Part shown: positions 11,601 to 22,397 of the stretch, piece after piece
Position numbering within the stretch: the stretch's first letter is position 1
Layout: the number at the start of each line of letters is the position of its first letter
From: Cyanidioschyzon merolae
Lineage: Eukaryota
Length of the DNA stretch: 64,000 nt
Strand: one strand, 5' to 3'
NCBI GenBank assembly: GCA_000091205.1
Contig: AP006501.2
Made by a program: the position numbers and the translations under genes
Notes under the pieces: generated by a model
What the model was told of the DNA's origin: nothing
The model's input: only the letters and a program-made list of their open reading frames with translations
Database searches by the model: none

Positions 11601-12006
11601 GCAATGGTCCTCGCTTCTGCATGCATACCTGCAGAAGCTCTCTTCACAGCGGGCGTATGGCAGCGACCTGGGTTCATCGTGGCACCAGTTCCACGTCAAA
11701 GTGCTGGCGTTTGTTGAAGAGGTGGCCTATTCTCGGCGCTGGGCCTTTCTCTGTGCGTTCTTGGAGCTGCTTCGCGGAAAACTCTCCACTTTCAGTCGAG
11801 ATATCCGGCCAATCGCCGCTCTTTTGGTCAAAACCTATGAAAAGTGTGTAGAACTCGTACAGATCGCTTGGATGAAGCACCAAAGCGATCGCATTGTTCC
11901 CGGGGCAAGCACACTACCGCCTCTGGCGATTCAGTCGTTGACATCCAAGTCCGAAGCACATGACGCGTGGAAATTTTTGCTCTTGAATACACAGATTCCC
12001 GAGTAA
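8626..12006 (+). CDS. REV1: DNA repair protein REV1 (deoxycytidyl transferase; Y-family polymerase with N-terminal BRCT)
   Basis: ATG at 8626 checked. BRCT-like segment ~8821-9075 (GVCIWVDGRTDPPREVLRTLITRAGGRFETYL...VSPAWVVDSV). Y-family (ImpB/UmuC) core ~9560-10760 begins CFVLHVDMDAFFVSVS...PVAVCHSG...SYEARARGVRANMFFGEA...VSIDEAYLLL. Also a poly-Pro tract, a poly-Ala tract and a helical C-terminal region typical of the REV1 CTD. Confidence 0.85.
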   Translation: MSASLSRKRAHTAAALASAGEVSVKRAAAFESFGDYMAVKEHKLREQQRKDAQAATGCQNLDSGPMRGVCIWVDGRTDPPREVLRTLITRAGGRFETYLHRDLVTHVVATHFAKGRAKELRRAAQKLGGGAGRALNVVSPAWVVDSVRAGRPLPEWKYSVDDVSRDAQQTTLPGQTLRSIDALVRCETNVASHVSAATTQKQQRETTVDPSGALKADEVPSSPLNTRLDQVAYPANHEESFPHLGELALPETTMRGLRSSRETPNFVREFFAQSRLHLIGSFRETYEGILRKLQRDLHSIVADAPRTLPHSSCFVLHVDMDAFFVSVSLAKYPHLRGKPVAVCHSGSGEHSRAEISSASYEARARGVRANMFFGEALRRCPDLVMIPYDFAAYKEACERLYRILFTEADVVEGVSIDEAYLLLQHCENVTQAEAMAARIRQRIVTEIEGCTASIGIGRNKLFARLATKHGKEKLGQGSQFVLVDRAHPLGFGTPMGADLRSFLDELPVRFVSGVGWSTEERLRAAVEAVAPESLQAQQPLKVGTVRAHLTLSMFEKSLGAVNGNRIYRLLHGEDPRPVQPMGPRKSVSAQIGWGVRFLATEEDKVRKFMTDLALVVAERLREARIARCSVVTVTALRRQTGAGMPYKPLGHGLCDEFSATSPVEWYVCAGDPCLQSKVDADFADIVWNLYQGLQIAPDALRGAGVHARKLVEVPAHSGIVQPACASGKDGPLSNVPQQLPLPAAWRSRSSTNAADMSCADAADKQQPPPPPPPPRTIPLAMPAAVTPRDRKRSLASLPSNAVSMRSTRRTPASSGAFHIADAASADKAGNSKEGQKLFKQAHGGEWNEATGIRNTRPPTPPDVDQEVWHALPIEVTRQVWKENLAQEQLRRWKLHRSRHANGVLDPTVPMFQPSLPLFSEIRSRQVALNGAVLYARDLQSFWRTTKPVRTAERPSGKTYGFEDRLRGRVPTVAAAAAAASVATATEPMLSLAQWSSLLHAYLQKLSSQRAYGSDLGSSWHQFHVKVLAFVEEVAYSRRWAFLCAFLELLRGKLSTFSRDIRPIAALLVKTYEKCVELVQIAWMKHQSDRIVPGASTLPPLAIQSLTSKSEAHDAWKFLLLNTQIPE

Positions 12007-12933
12007 GTCGCGTAAACCGAGCGTTCCATCGGTTGCCGGCCCTGGATGCATGACAAGTCCCGCGTTGAACTGTGTCAGTCGAGCTTGAGCTGCTCGTTTC
12101 AAGTCACATTCCGAGCATTTGACCTGGGACGCGTCATCGACGAGTCCCATACCCACGGAAAGCAACGCTTGCTCTGAACGAATGCACAAAGTCAATAAAC
12201 CCAGATTCTGTTGAAGAGTTTCCGGATTTCTCGGGCACGATGTAGCTCGACTGACGATTGGCTGATCGCTGTTTACGTTGATCTCAAAGCGCTGTGACAG
12301 AAAGGCGCACCGCTCCATACGGCCACTCCCGGGTTTGTGTATCTATGTACGTATCCGTTTGCGCGTGAAAGCATCCGTAAGCATCCATATGTGTACGTGT
12401 GACCGCGAGCGTGTTCACGCGTCGGGCGCCTTCCCCTCCGGAACCGTTCGCCAGGGGATTTCTGGGCTTGGACCCGCTTTCGTATGCCAGCTTCGTTCTT
12501 CGTTTGCACCTGTCGCAAATATCTTGTCTCCCAGGTTCCAGCGCTTTTTCGACAAGGCCCTGCGACAAGATTGTGCAAGCAACAACGCACTGATGTTGCC
12601 GCACGACGCTTTTTAAATGCAAACACTCTACGCATACCGGATAGCATGCGGAAAGCGTCATGGGATGCGCCTGCGTTCGGGCGCGTTGACCGAGTTCAGG
12701 CGGGTGCCACTGCTTCATGCGCTGATATCTGGATCCATGAAAAGACCTCGAAAGCGATGGCGTTTCCAAAGCGTTTTTGATGTAATCACAGCGCCCACGG
12801 AACCGCAATCAGATGTGGCCCATGCCAAGCTAGTTTCACGCTGTGCTCTGTACAAGCTCGTGGCTCCTGCTACCGTGAAGCATTTTAGTTGCCTTGCAGG
12901 TATGCTTTCAGGTCACGATTCTTCCGAGTATGC

Positions 12934-13767
12934 CTACACCAGACTTGAAACGGTTTCCGGATCCATTGTGTTCACGATACCTGCTTCCGATACCATGGTG
13001 GCGATGATATGACAGAGTTCCTCGTAGCGCTCTACAAGGATTTGCTCTAGCTTCTGGTGGTTGTCAACGCCAGCACCCAAGTAACCGACGCTGGTACCGT
13101 TTTGGGCTTCCTCAGACGTCCCAGACGAGAGGAGTGGTGGTTCCAAAGTTGTCGCGACGTTGCTCCGTGCCTGAGACGCCGTGAAAGGCAGAACGCTGCC
13201 TCCCTCGAGGTGCAGTGTACGGCGGAGGCACTGTTCGAACCTTTGGCCAAACTCCAACAGCAGAAGAGACTCATGTTCTCGCTCTCCAATGATGACCGCA
13301 ACTACATCACCCAAGCGTCGGACAAGGATCGTATAGTCCTCGAGGCGGAGGACCTGCTCGCGATCAGCTGCGGCTTCAGATAAACCCAACTGCGCCCACA
13401 CCGGTGGCAGCAACTCCTCCAACGTGCGAAGCAGGCGTTCGTTTAACTCCAGGGGACTCAGTCTGGCGCTCAGGATGTGCGCAGTTCCCGGAGCGGAACG
13501 CTCTCCAGCGTCGCTCGCTTGCCGGGTAGGGGTCAGGTTGCCACTGGTCCGTCGCTCCACCCCGAGGGCGCTGTGTGCAGGCCGAGCCGCTTTTCCAGCA
13601 GGAAAGTCCCCGAAGATGCTTCCATAGAGAATTCCACGAGTGTAATAAGATATGAGGTACAGCGCCCGAATCATGCGGCCCCAGACCTGCAACACGTTCG
13701 AGAATAACGTCAACGAAAGTACGTTGATCTGCAGCGCAAGCGCTGCGCCTGGTAAACTGCTTCTCAT
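12934..13767 (-). CDS. Hypothetical protein (weak roadblock/longin-like resemblance in the central region)
   Basis: 277-aa ORF; ATG at 13767 checked (plus cat at 13765-13767). Compositionally protein-like. Segment YTILVRRLGDVVAVIIGEREHESLLLLEFGQRFEQ resembles an alternating beta-strand/helix roadblock/longin fold. No firm family call. Confidence 0.35.
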   Translation of the reverse strand: MRSSLPGAALALQINVLSLTLFSNVLQVWGRMIRALYLISYYTRGILYGSIFGDFPAGKAARPAHSALGVERRTSGNLTPTRQASDAGERSAPGTAHILSARLSPLELNERLLRTLEELLPPVWAQLGLSEAAADREQVLRLEDYTILVRRLGDVVAVIIGEREHESLLLLEFGQRFEQCLRRTLHLEGGSVLPFTASQARSNVATTLEPPLLSSGTSEEAQNGTSVGYLGAGVDNHQKLEQILVERYEELCHIIATMVSEAGIVNTMDPETVSSLV

Positions 13768-15156
13768 ACGATCTTCGACGTGCTCTGTGAACGATGATTC
13801 GCTTCAGGCGACGTTGCGTTCGATGCGGGCTACTCAGACGCATAGACCACCAAGGGAGCTACGAGCTTGCATTGAGGAGCGTCATCCAGGAAAACGTCTT
13901 CCGATCACGCGAGCAGGTAGTCTTCGGGAACAGGTCGCTTGTGCAGTTGTCACGCTCGAACAAATCACCACTTTCTGGTCACTCTGAGCCGTTGATGGAA
14001 TCTGCAATCAAAGCATAGGACGAGCTGGTAGAAAATGAAAGGAAAACAGCGCGAAGAGCGCCTGGGTATACCTCTATCGGACGGTTTTGTGTTCTCTACC
14101 AAACGACATACGTTGTTGTTGACGAAACCGAGTTTCCGCGTTCGCACCGCGCTCGCCGTTTGCTAGACTCATTTCCGTGTTAAATAGGGCAGAGCCAATG
14201 ATGCGGGCGTACACTCGAAAGTTTGCGTCTCATGTGACTTTCATCAATACCAGCCTTTGCGGGCTATTTCTCCTACTGCGTCCTTTTCCTCTTTCTCATC
14301 ACTGTCATGAAGGATGCCGGTCTACACGGTTTCCCTACCTCCATTGCTAGCTTTCGAGGGATGCTGATGTCAGCGCTGCAATTCTGATTTCACCGCATCC
14401 GCCAAGTGTCGATCCATGTCATGCACAGACCATCGTTGTGAACTACGCGTTGATTTCCATTTTCTTCTTCTTGGTAAACTACCTCGCTGCGTCCTTCTCG
14501 CCTGGGTCACTTGACTGTGGTCAGGTATTCTTATGTACGTCCGTCCTGGAGCGGACACCCTCTGGGGTACGCGAAAGCCGTTCTGTCTCCGTGTCGCATC
14601 CGCACCGGCGCTAGAGGCGCTATCGCAGACGACCGGGGCAGGTACTCGGCGCGCGATAGAACGTATGAAACAACCAGCATATCCGAGAAGAGGTATGGGA
14701 CATGGAACTCGGAAGTATGGTGCATCATGATGGGCACTTTCCAGAATGCCAACATCCATTGCGCAATCAGGCAACGCGAGTCTGTGTCAACGTTTCGTCT
14801 GATGCAACGAAAAACCATCGTTTGGATTGCGCTGCAGGCGTCACGACACGAGCTGTGACACATGATGCCGCCATCGCCGCTGCCGCCTAGCGCAGCACGC
14901 GCATGGCGCAGAAATGACCCGAAAATATACAAATCTCCCTGAGCCTCCGGCGTGCACCGCGCACTGCACTGCAAGCGAGCGCTCTCTACGCTGTCTTCCG
15001 TATGGACAACTGTTGCGATCCATAGAACAACGCGCGTTGAGCCGCTGTTCTTAGAGAAACGGACCCGGGCGTGTGAATCTTGTTTCTTTTATAGCCCTAA
15101 ACACCGGGTTTTCTTGGTTGCTATAGAGAAGCCGTCAGACAAGACCAGCACACAAA

Positions 15157-15654
15157 ATGCCTCCAAAAGGCGACCCGAACGCTGTAACCATCGTCTACGT
15201 CAGGGTTGTTGGCGGGGAAGGTGCGGCTGCCTCCAGTTTGGCGCCCAAGATTGGTCCACTCGGACTCTCACCTAAGAAAGTTGGCGATGATATCGCAAAA
15301 GCGACAAAGGATTGGAAGGGTCTGCGCATTATGGTCAAGCTCACCGTTCAGAATCGTCAAGCGCAGGTTGAAGTCGTCCCGAGTGCTGCAGCGCTGATCA
15401 TCCGCGCTCTGAAAGAGCCGCCCCGAGACCGAAAGAAAGTGAAGAACGTGAAGCACGATGGGAACTTGACTCTTGATGAAATCAAAGAGATCGCTCGAAT
15501 TATGCGGGAACGATCCTGTGCACGTGAGCTCAGTGGAGTGGTACGTGAAATTCTCGGGACCTGCCACAGCATCGGGTGCATGGTCGAGGGACGTCATCCA
15601 CGAGAAGTCATCGAGCAGATCCGCTCTGGCGAGATCATGATCGAGAACGTGTAA
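15157..15654 (+). CDS. RPL12: 60S ribosomal protein L12 (uL11), intronless
   Basis: 165 aa, ATG at 15157 in an A-rich context. Near-colinear with eukaryotic RPL12: [21 protein letters not shown]...[67 protein letters not shown]. Confidence 0.9.
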   Translation: MPPKGDPNAVTIVYVRVVGGEGAAASSLAPKIGPLGLSPKKVGDDIAKATKDWKGLRIMVKLTVQNRQAQVEVVPSAAALIIRALKEPPRDRKKVKNVKHDGNLTLDEIKEIARIMRERSCARELSGVVREILGTCHSIGCMVEGRHPREVIEQIRSGEIMIENV

Positions 15655-16526
15655 AAGCTGATGTGGACAAGATAGGTCTCGCTCTGTCGACATAACGACC
15701 CGTGCATCGCCGGCACGATACGCGGCGCGAATGTCCCCGAATACGCACGAGCGATCGCGCAGCCTGCACGTAACCGGATGACGAGGAGGCGCTGCCGCCC
15801 TTGTAGATGATGGTACACGATTTTTCCTCGATGGACGGCAGGTGTCTCGTTCAGTCCCTTACACGGGAAATCCTTGAACGAAGCCCGCTTCCAGGTCAGT
15901 TGAACGTTGATGCAATGCCCATGCATACAAGAACACGCGGAAAGGCATGCGAACGTGCACCTGCATACCGCAGGGCACTTTGATCGAATTCGTGTCCAGG
16001 GCGATGATGATCCGCGCGCCACAGGGGCATACGCTCGCACCGCACGCAACGTCAGGGACTAGGCAGATAACAACTCAGAACGATCACGCTGAAGAAGTCG
16101 AATTGCGCCTCGACTGGCTCGTGCTAACTCGTGCACACGTGCGCCAACGGTCTACACACATCCGTGTCATCAAAAATAGACGACGGGTACGCCTCCATGA
16201 CGACCAACATGAATCCTGACACATGATACCCACAGCAGAGCCGAATGCATACACCCGCATCGCGTTTCCAGATCCGAGCGCCAATCCAAGCCACGAAACG
16301 CAACTTGTCGACAGGAGACGCCACAGTTGCCGCCGAGCAGGCGACGATGTCGCCGCCAGGAAGTCGCATCTCGTGACGCGCGCCACAGCCACGGCCTCGT
16401 GCGATCGTTTGATCTGCGTCCTGCGGGACGACTCCAGTCCGAGCGACTTGTTGTTGATAGCGATTTCGCGTGTTGGGCTTCTCTCTAAAACACTTTGCGA
16501 GTTTCACTGCAACTCTAGCTGCATCT

Positions 16527-17456
16527 ATGAATAGGCTCTCTATAAATTCTAACTCATGTGTCTGTAGAAAACAGATTGATTTGGCAGCATCCGGACGACA
16601 CGCTCTGCGTCGGTGCGAGGGGCTGCGGCCGGCCACAGCACGGCTAGCACAAGTCTGCGGCTTCGTCGCGGGCCCAGCAACGACATGGAACCGGGATCAG
16701 GGAAAGACCCAACAGTGTCGGACTTGTGCCCGTTGCTGTTTCAAGTATGGGCTTCGGGGGGCGAATTTCTCGCTTGCTGCTCGAGCCCGGTCCCATTCTC
16801 GACTCGTCTGCTGCGAGGGCCAAAGCGTCCAGCACGGGCGCACTGAGCGCTCCCCCGTCGGGTGCAGCAGCGAGCTTCGTCGAAACAACAAGGGCGGCGG
16901 ATCAGGCCCCGAGACCGAGATCACCGTAGAACCCGAGGTAAGCACGGCAACGATCGCACGCGAGGTTGAGCGATCGTTTGATACGGTTCTCCAGGAGCTG
17001 GCGGCGATTCAGTCGGACTCGCCGCGAAACGTGGCGATTCTAGGAACCCGCCATTGCTCATACTTGCACCAGCAAATCATTGAACTCCTGACGTTTGCCA
17101 ACGTGCTCCTGGGAAACCATGTCATCACCTCGGGGGGTATCGGTAGCAATATGGCCGTGATCCGTGGGGCGCTGCGGGCCGACAAGCCCGAACTCTTGAC
17201 TGTCGTGCTGCCGCAGAGTGTCGAGAAGCAGCCTACTGAAGTGCGCGAATTGTTGGAACGTGTGACACAGGTTGTGGAAATGAAGCAGAATGATAGCTTA
17301 CCGTTAGATGTCGCGAGTAGACTATGCAACTCAGATATCATCAGCAGAGCGGATCGTTTCATAAGTTTCGCGTTCCACGATAGTGAAGTGGTGCTGGAAG
17401 CCGCCAGGGAGGCTAAGGCACTGAACAAAGTAGTCACTTTACTGTATTTGGACTAG
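16527..17456 (+). CDS. SLOG (Smf/DprA-LOG) Rossmann-like domain protein, DprA-like
   Basis: The track ORF starts at GTG 16470; the first in-frame ATG is at 16527. The C-terminal ~170 aa follows the DprA/Smf SLOG pattern: NVAILGTRHCSYLHQQIIELL (cf. vaiVGsRkas.yG), VITSGGIGSNMAVIRGAL (cf. vvSGlArGiDaaAHrgAL), TVVLPQSVEKQP, then ...SRADRFISFAFHDSEVVLEAAREAK. The N-terminal ~140 aa is Cys/Arg-rich and may be a targeting sequence or not coding. Confidence 0.45.
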   Translation: MNRLSINSNSCVCRKQIDLAASGRHALRRCEGLRPATARLAQVCGFVAGPATTWNRDQGKTQQCRTCARCCFKYGLRGANFSLAARARSHSRLVCCEGQSVQHGRTERSPVGCSSELRRNNKGGGSGPETEITVEPEVSTATIAREVERSFDTVLQELAAIQSDSPRNVAILGTRHCSYLHQQIIELLTFANVLLGNHVITSGGIGSNMAVIRGALRADKPELLTVVLPQSVEKQPTEVRELLERVTQVVEMKQNDSLPLDVASRLCNSDIISRADRFISFAFHDSEVVLEAAREAKALNKVVTLLYLD

Positions 17457-19153
17457 GCGTTGGCTGTCCGTTCTCGGGGTCCGACGGCACCTGCCTCGAA
17501 CATGCCGAGCGCGTGTTCGGGGCCTCTCTCTCTCTGGTCGCTGCGCTGCGGCCAGATCATCCACGTTCTTCATGGGGATGGATCGCTCGCTCGCCAGGAT
17601 GAAAAGCGGTGCGTCGGTCTGACAAGTTGCATCCCCCGCGACTGGGCGCCGACCAACGAAGATGGCGACCAGAGAACGAGGACTCCATCATGCGCCAGTC
17701 ATCTAAAATCGTCTGTTTTACGGAGCACTCATATGCCGCACGCTGTTTCTGAACGAGTCCCCGGGTTGCTGTAGCCGTGCTCGTTACCCGTCTCTGGAGG
17801 CGAACACCGATTACCTAACGTCATGATGCTCGCTGGGGTCCGAATGTCTCCCCAGCCGTCCATGAGCTTGGCACCGAATGGCACCCCATGAAACGGCCAT
17901 CCAGGGTCCAGCCTCACACAAAACTCATTTCATCATGTATGTGCAGGTGCATCCTCGCCGGATGACCAGCGATCTCGTCTCAAGTGCTGGCTCGCGTACC
18001 CAGTCCTTGGTGTGTCGCTGATGCGCCACAAGGCCGCTTGCTTGCGCAGCGCGCGTTCACAATTTCTCTGTAAGGAATACAGCGTAAACCATGGCGCCTG
18101 ACCCAGAGCTAACGTTTACAGGGGTATCACAAACCTGCGCTCTCCGCGGATATTACCAGGCGGGGCCCTGAGTCAAGCCGCCCGTTCCCTACGAGCACGC
18201 CTCTCAACCGATAGGCTCTGAGAGTGCCCGCAGCGACGTTCAGCCGAGGTATACGCCCTGGTGGGATCCGCGCACCCCAGGGCGTACGGCGACAAAGGCC
18301 GTCTGACAATGCAGCAAAAGGACAGCAGCATCCGCGGCCTCTGGTCCATCCGAGCCACCCGCTTATCCTAACTTTGCGTGCCGCGTATTGCTAGAAGCAT
18401 GGACGAGCCATTCAGTGGACAGCCGCCTCTGCACCGCACTCGTCAATCGAAGCGCTTGACAATCCAGCGCTGGTACGGATACGCAGCGTTGCGTCGCAGT
18501 CCGATCACGTCTTGATCGATAGACACTTTTGCGGCAAGTCGTGGACGCACCGTCGCCGGACGGGGCAAGCACCCGCACGCGCAGCCTGCGTTACACGACT
18601 TGGTGGACGGCGCTGCTCGCTCGCCGTGACTTGTGTTCGGCAGCGTTTCGAGCGGAGCATGAAAGGGCACGATTGCACTCGCACACCTCCAACGACCCGT
18701 CCAGAGTTGGTTCAGAAGTCGGTGCTGCAGCTGCGATGCAGTGCGGTCTGTAGTACTCGCGTACCCAGGAAACTGGTACGAAAGCAGCGATCGAGATGCG
18801 CTCGCAGTACCCGAGGAAACGGAAACGATCGACAACGTCTCTGAACTGGTGTCGTGCTTGCTTCCCATCGTGCCGGTGATGTGTCCAGCTGTACCCGTCC
18901 GTGTACCCAGTTCGTCCAAGCAGCTCCATATTGAGCGCTGGGCATCCCGTAGCGCTGCAAAGCAGCAACACTGGACGGATGCATAGGTCGCTGGTGCAGA
19001 CGCTGCAACTTTCCGAGCGCTGCTACAGGTCTGCGCTGGCCGTGAAAACGCGGCCTCCAGAGCCAGCGCGTGTGCACACCCCAGCGTTAAGCACGTCAGC
19101 ACTGGACGAAACCTGCTACTGCCGTTCGCCGTTCGGGGTTCACGTTTCCGTTG

Positions 19154-19687
19154 ATGTCTCCGAACGACCTCTGGTCTAGTATCGCGTTTTGCGGACAGTG
19201 TGCACAGTTGCTGTCGTCGACCGGAGCGACGGGCGAACAGGACCCTTCAGCTGGTGGGGCTTCTGCCTCGTCCGCTGCGGGCTCGGGCATGTCGCTGGGG
19301 TTCCTCACGGACCTCCCTCGAGTGCCCTGCTTTCGAGTGTCGGTCCTTCAGGGAATTCTAGGAGGTTTCACGCTGACAGGGTTTCGTGTCTTCCACGAGT
19401 TCCGCAAAGCACGACAACAAACAAGCAGCAACACGTTTACGCAGGTTCCGGTGCTCGCCCGGGTGGCTGGGATCGGCACCGTTGACTTTGCGGTGCGCTC
19501 TATCCTGGTTTTTTCGGCGTTGAGTTGGTTAGTGTGCCGCTACAAGTACCGCCAGAGTCGTGAGCAGATTCGTCGTGCGATAGGACAGGCCACGTGGCAA
19601 CCAGAGCCAAAGCTGCTGCCTGCACGCGAAAGCGACCCGCCAGAGGCAGCTGTATCCGAGGTTCCGAAGGAAGAGCACACGCCCTGA
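19154..19687 (+). CDS. Small hypothetical membrane protein (weak Tim17/Tim22/Tim23-family-like resemblance)
   Basis: Track start at 19151 is TTG; ATG at 19154. Two or three hydrophobic segments with Gly-rich spacing (VPCFRVSVLQGILGGFTLTGF ... LARVAGIGTVDFAVRSILVFSALSWLVCRYKYRQSRE). Tentative. Confidence 0.3.
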   Translation: MSPNDLWSSIAFCGQCAQLLSSTGATGEQDPSAGGASASSAAGSGMSLGFLTDLPRVPCFRVSVLQGILGGFTLTGFRVFHEFRKARQQTSSNTFTQVPVLARVAGIGTVDFAVRSILVFSALSWLVCRYKYRQSREQIRRAIGQATWQPEPKLLPARESDPPEAAVSEVPKEEHTP

Positions 19688-19923
19688 CAGGTATACAGTC
19701 GGTAGCCGGTCACTGGCCCTCGAGGGCCGCGCTAGGCTGCAAGCTGAGGCGGGCTCCGCAGTGAAAACTCACCCGAGTCTGCTGCCTGCTCGAGAGCGCC
19801 CCCTTGCCGTTCAATGAACCAGGACAACGGCACAAGAAAGCTTCCATCGCCAGCGTTTTCACGCTCAACTCGTCAGGATATTGTCGAGTGCCCGCTGCGG
19901 CAGACAGCTTTGCCCTCCGAGCT

Positions 19924-20376
19924 CTACTGGTCGGAAGTATGCCCGCTAGCCGCTGGTGCCTCAGGCGGGAGACCTGACGTCTCGAGCACGGCCCTGAACT
20001 TTTTCAGAGCGTTTTCCTTTTCACGTCCAATGTATTCGAGGTCGTAGACATCGTATAATAAACGCAGTAGAAACAGGTCAGGGTTCTCGCCGCGGTCCAG
20101 CCACTGCAGCAACTCCAGTGGAACGCGCCAGTTCCCTGGCTCCGCCAGAGAAGCCTCTGTAGCGCTCAGCGTGGCACACTTGGTCCGCTGCTCCATGCAG
20201 AGCGCTCGAAGGCGTTGGTACGCTCCCGCCAACGCTTGGATCGTCGCGGACAACGCGTCAGGCCCCGCTTGCGACGAAGCCTCGCGGTAGAAGACGGCAG
20301 CACGGTTTAAGCGTTCCCACAGACGGATGCACTCCACCAGCTGCTTCTCTACCGCAGCATAGTCGTTGTCACTCAT
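19924..20376 (-). CDS. MED10: Mediator complex subunit 10 (MED10/Nut2)
   Basis: Track start at 20379 is TTG; ATG at 20376 checked. 150 aa; VPLELLQWLDRGENPDLF...ENALKKFRAVLETS aligns with the MED10 core VPLEVFEYIDQGRNPQLY...KKFKSLL. Confidence 0.6.
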   Translation of the reverse strand: MSDNDYAAVEKQLVECIRLWERLNRAAVFYREASSQAGPDALSATIQALAGAYQRLRALCMEQRTKCATLSATEASLAEPGNWRVPLELLQWLDRGENPDLFLLRLLYDVYDLEYIGREKENALKKFRAVLETSGLPPEAPAASGHTSDQ

Positions 20377-20592
20377 CAACGAAGCAAGCGTCTCCCGTTC
20401 AGACGCGAAGACAATCCCTGTGGCAGCGCGGTGGCGCTCACAACAATACCGACAAAGCGACTAGTTTGCGGTATCCAGCCCGGCATGCCCAGGCAAAGGA
20501 CTGGCAAACGATTCGCGTACCGTCGTGAATGCAGCCCGGACTGCAGCGCGGTCAGTCATTGGCACTGACGAAGCACTGTCCAGGTGTTACCG
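20377..20592. promoter_or_regulatory. Short head-to-head intergenic region shared by MED10 (-) and NADH-cytochrome b5 reductase (+); putative bidirectional promoter
   Basis: Inferred only from the divergent gene arrangement with ~215 bp between the two ATGs. Confidence 0.3.
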
Positions 20593-21465
20593 ATGTTCAC
20601 GTTTTTGGCCTCATCGACGATCGAAACGAATACGTCGTTTGCATCTTTGGTACTGGTGAGCGTTGTCGTGCTGGCAAGCGCTTGGCTATGGCACCGGTAT
20701 AGCAACCGCGCTGGCGAGAGAGCACCTGCCCTTAAGCCTGATACGTTCACCCGGTTCCGTCTGGTAGCCAAAACCGTCGTGTCCCATAACACGCGTCTGT
20801 TTCGGTTCGCGCTTCCGTTCCCTGATCAACTACTTGGTCTGCCGCCAGGGCAGCACGTTGTGCTACGTGCGCGCGTTCCTGACGCCGAGGAGCCAATTCT
20901 CCGACCGTACACACCGGTGTCGAAACCGGAAACACGCGGTTACTTCGAGTTGCTCGTGAAGGTCTATCCTGCGCCTAGCGGAAAAATGGGTCGCTATCTA
21001 GACGCTCTGGAACCGGGAAGAGACTTTGTGGAAGCACGAGGCCCAAGCGGAACCTTCAGTTACCAACGGAACATGGTTGCAGAACTTGGTATGATCGCAG
21101 GCGGCACGGGGATCACGCCCATGTGGCAATTGATTCAAGTAATCCTGAGTGACCCTTCTGATAAGACTCGAATCAAACTGATCTTTGCAAATGTGAAAGA
21201 AGAAGATATTTTATTGCGTTCTGCGATCGATGCTGCAGCAGCGCAATACGCGGAGCGATTCACTCGTTTTTACGTCCTAAACGAGCCGCCTGCTGAATGG
21301 AGCATGGGCATAGGTTTCGTTACGCAAGAGCACATCCGAAGTTTTATAGGTCTCCCGGATGCGAGCAAGATGGTGCTCATCTGCGGCCCGCCGCCGATGA
21401 ACAAGGCAATGCGCGAGCATCTCGAGGCCCTTGGCTACGACAAAGCCGCTGTGTTTCGGTTCTAA
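20593..21465 (+). CDS. NADH-cytochrome b5 reductase (FAD/NAD-binding ferredoxin-reductase family)
   Basis: Track start 20584 is GTG; ATG at 20593. N-terminal membrane anchor (LVLVSVVVLASAWLW). Then FRLVAKTVVSHNTRLFRFALP...RPYTPVS...GYFELLVKVYP.GKMGRYLDAL.PG...EARGPSG.F...LGMIAGGTGITPMWQLI...LIFANVKEEDILLR...VLICGPPPMNKAM, all hallmarks of CBR1/MCR1. Confidence 0.85.
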   Translation: MFTFLASSTIETNTSFASLVLVSVVVLASAWLWHRYSNRAGERAPALKPDTFTRFRLVAKTVVSHNTRLFRFALPFPDQLLGLPPGQHVVLRARVPDAEEPILRPYTPVSKPETRGYFELLVKVYPAPSGKMGRYLDALEPGRDFVEARGPSGTFSYQRNMVAELGMIAGGTGITPMWQLIQVILSDPSDKTRIKLIFANVKEEDILLRSAIDAAAAQYAERFTRFYVLNEPPAEWSMGIGFVTQEHIRSFIGLPDASKMVLICGPPPMNKAMREHLEALGYDKAAVFRF

Positions 21466-22397
21466 AGTATCCGGTACGCAACAGACGATGCGGTGTCTAG
21501 GGTTTTGCGTCATCATGGAGCAAACGCATCCGGCAGTCGCACGACGCGCTCTGCAACGTACACGCTCGCAACCCGAATACGCACCGCTGGACACGGCCCT
21601 GGGACGCTAGGTACCGGCGCATGCTCCATGGCGCCTGTCGTCTGCGTAGGCGCGTTGCAGCGATCCTAGTACCAGCAGCATGCGTTGACAAGGGTGCGTA
21701 TCTAGACGCGAGTCCATGGAAACCGCTGCTCTGGGCGTGTCGAGCGTGAACGCGACCATTGATAGAGAGAGACAGGGCAGACGCTGGGCGCCTGCTTTGT
21801 AAAGCATCCTATATAAGTCCACAACAAGACGCAGCACGGTCTCTTCCAGTCCGCTGAAATCATTTTCATCTGCTGGCGAATAGAGCCTGGTGTGGGCGGA
21901 TCCACTGCGTCGCGCGATTCCCGACGTGGTCAGGTTCTGCTGCACCGTCCGAGGTGAAGCGTTCTAGACCAATCGATGCTAGTGTCGTCGATACGCAGCT
22001 GCTCTGTCATCTGTGCAGTTTAAAGCTCGCGGGTGTGACACGACGCCCGATGGTCCCCGTACGTGTCGCGCCGCCGATACCCGCTTTCAGACGGAATGGC
22101 CCCCGCACCTAAACCATGCCATGCTTCCCCTCGATTCGCTTCCTATTCTGAACTGTAATGTGCCAAAGCATAAATTCGTAGACCTGCAGCCGTAACACAG
22201 CGGAAGCTGCCGATTGCTAGAGTTCACGCAACCCCCGGCGCTGTCAAGCCCCTGTTTCAGCAATCATCTGTCGAAACGGCTCCGATTCTCGATGCCATGC
22301 AGCGTGCGGCACGCGTAGCACGGGAATCCCTCATACCACCGCGACTACCGGCATCGTCGCGGGTACGCACGTCGGCTTTTTCCATGGTTATACGTCG

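Noticed and set aside
18443-19102. 219-aa minus-strand ORF in the 17.5-19.1 kb intergenic interval
   Set aside because: No family resemblance, Ala/Ser/Cys/Arg-rich composition typical of random GC-rich frames, and it is overlapped by comparable ORFs in other frames. Not reported as a gene.
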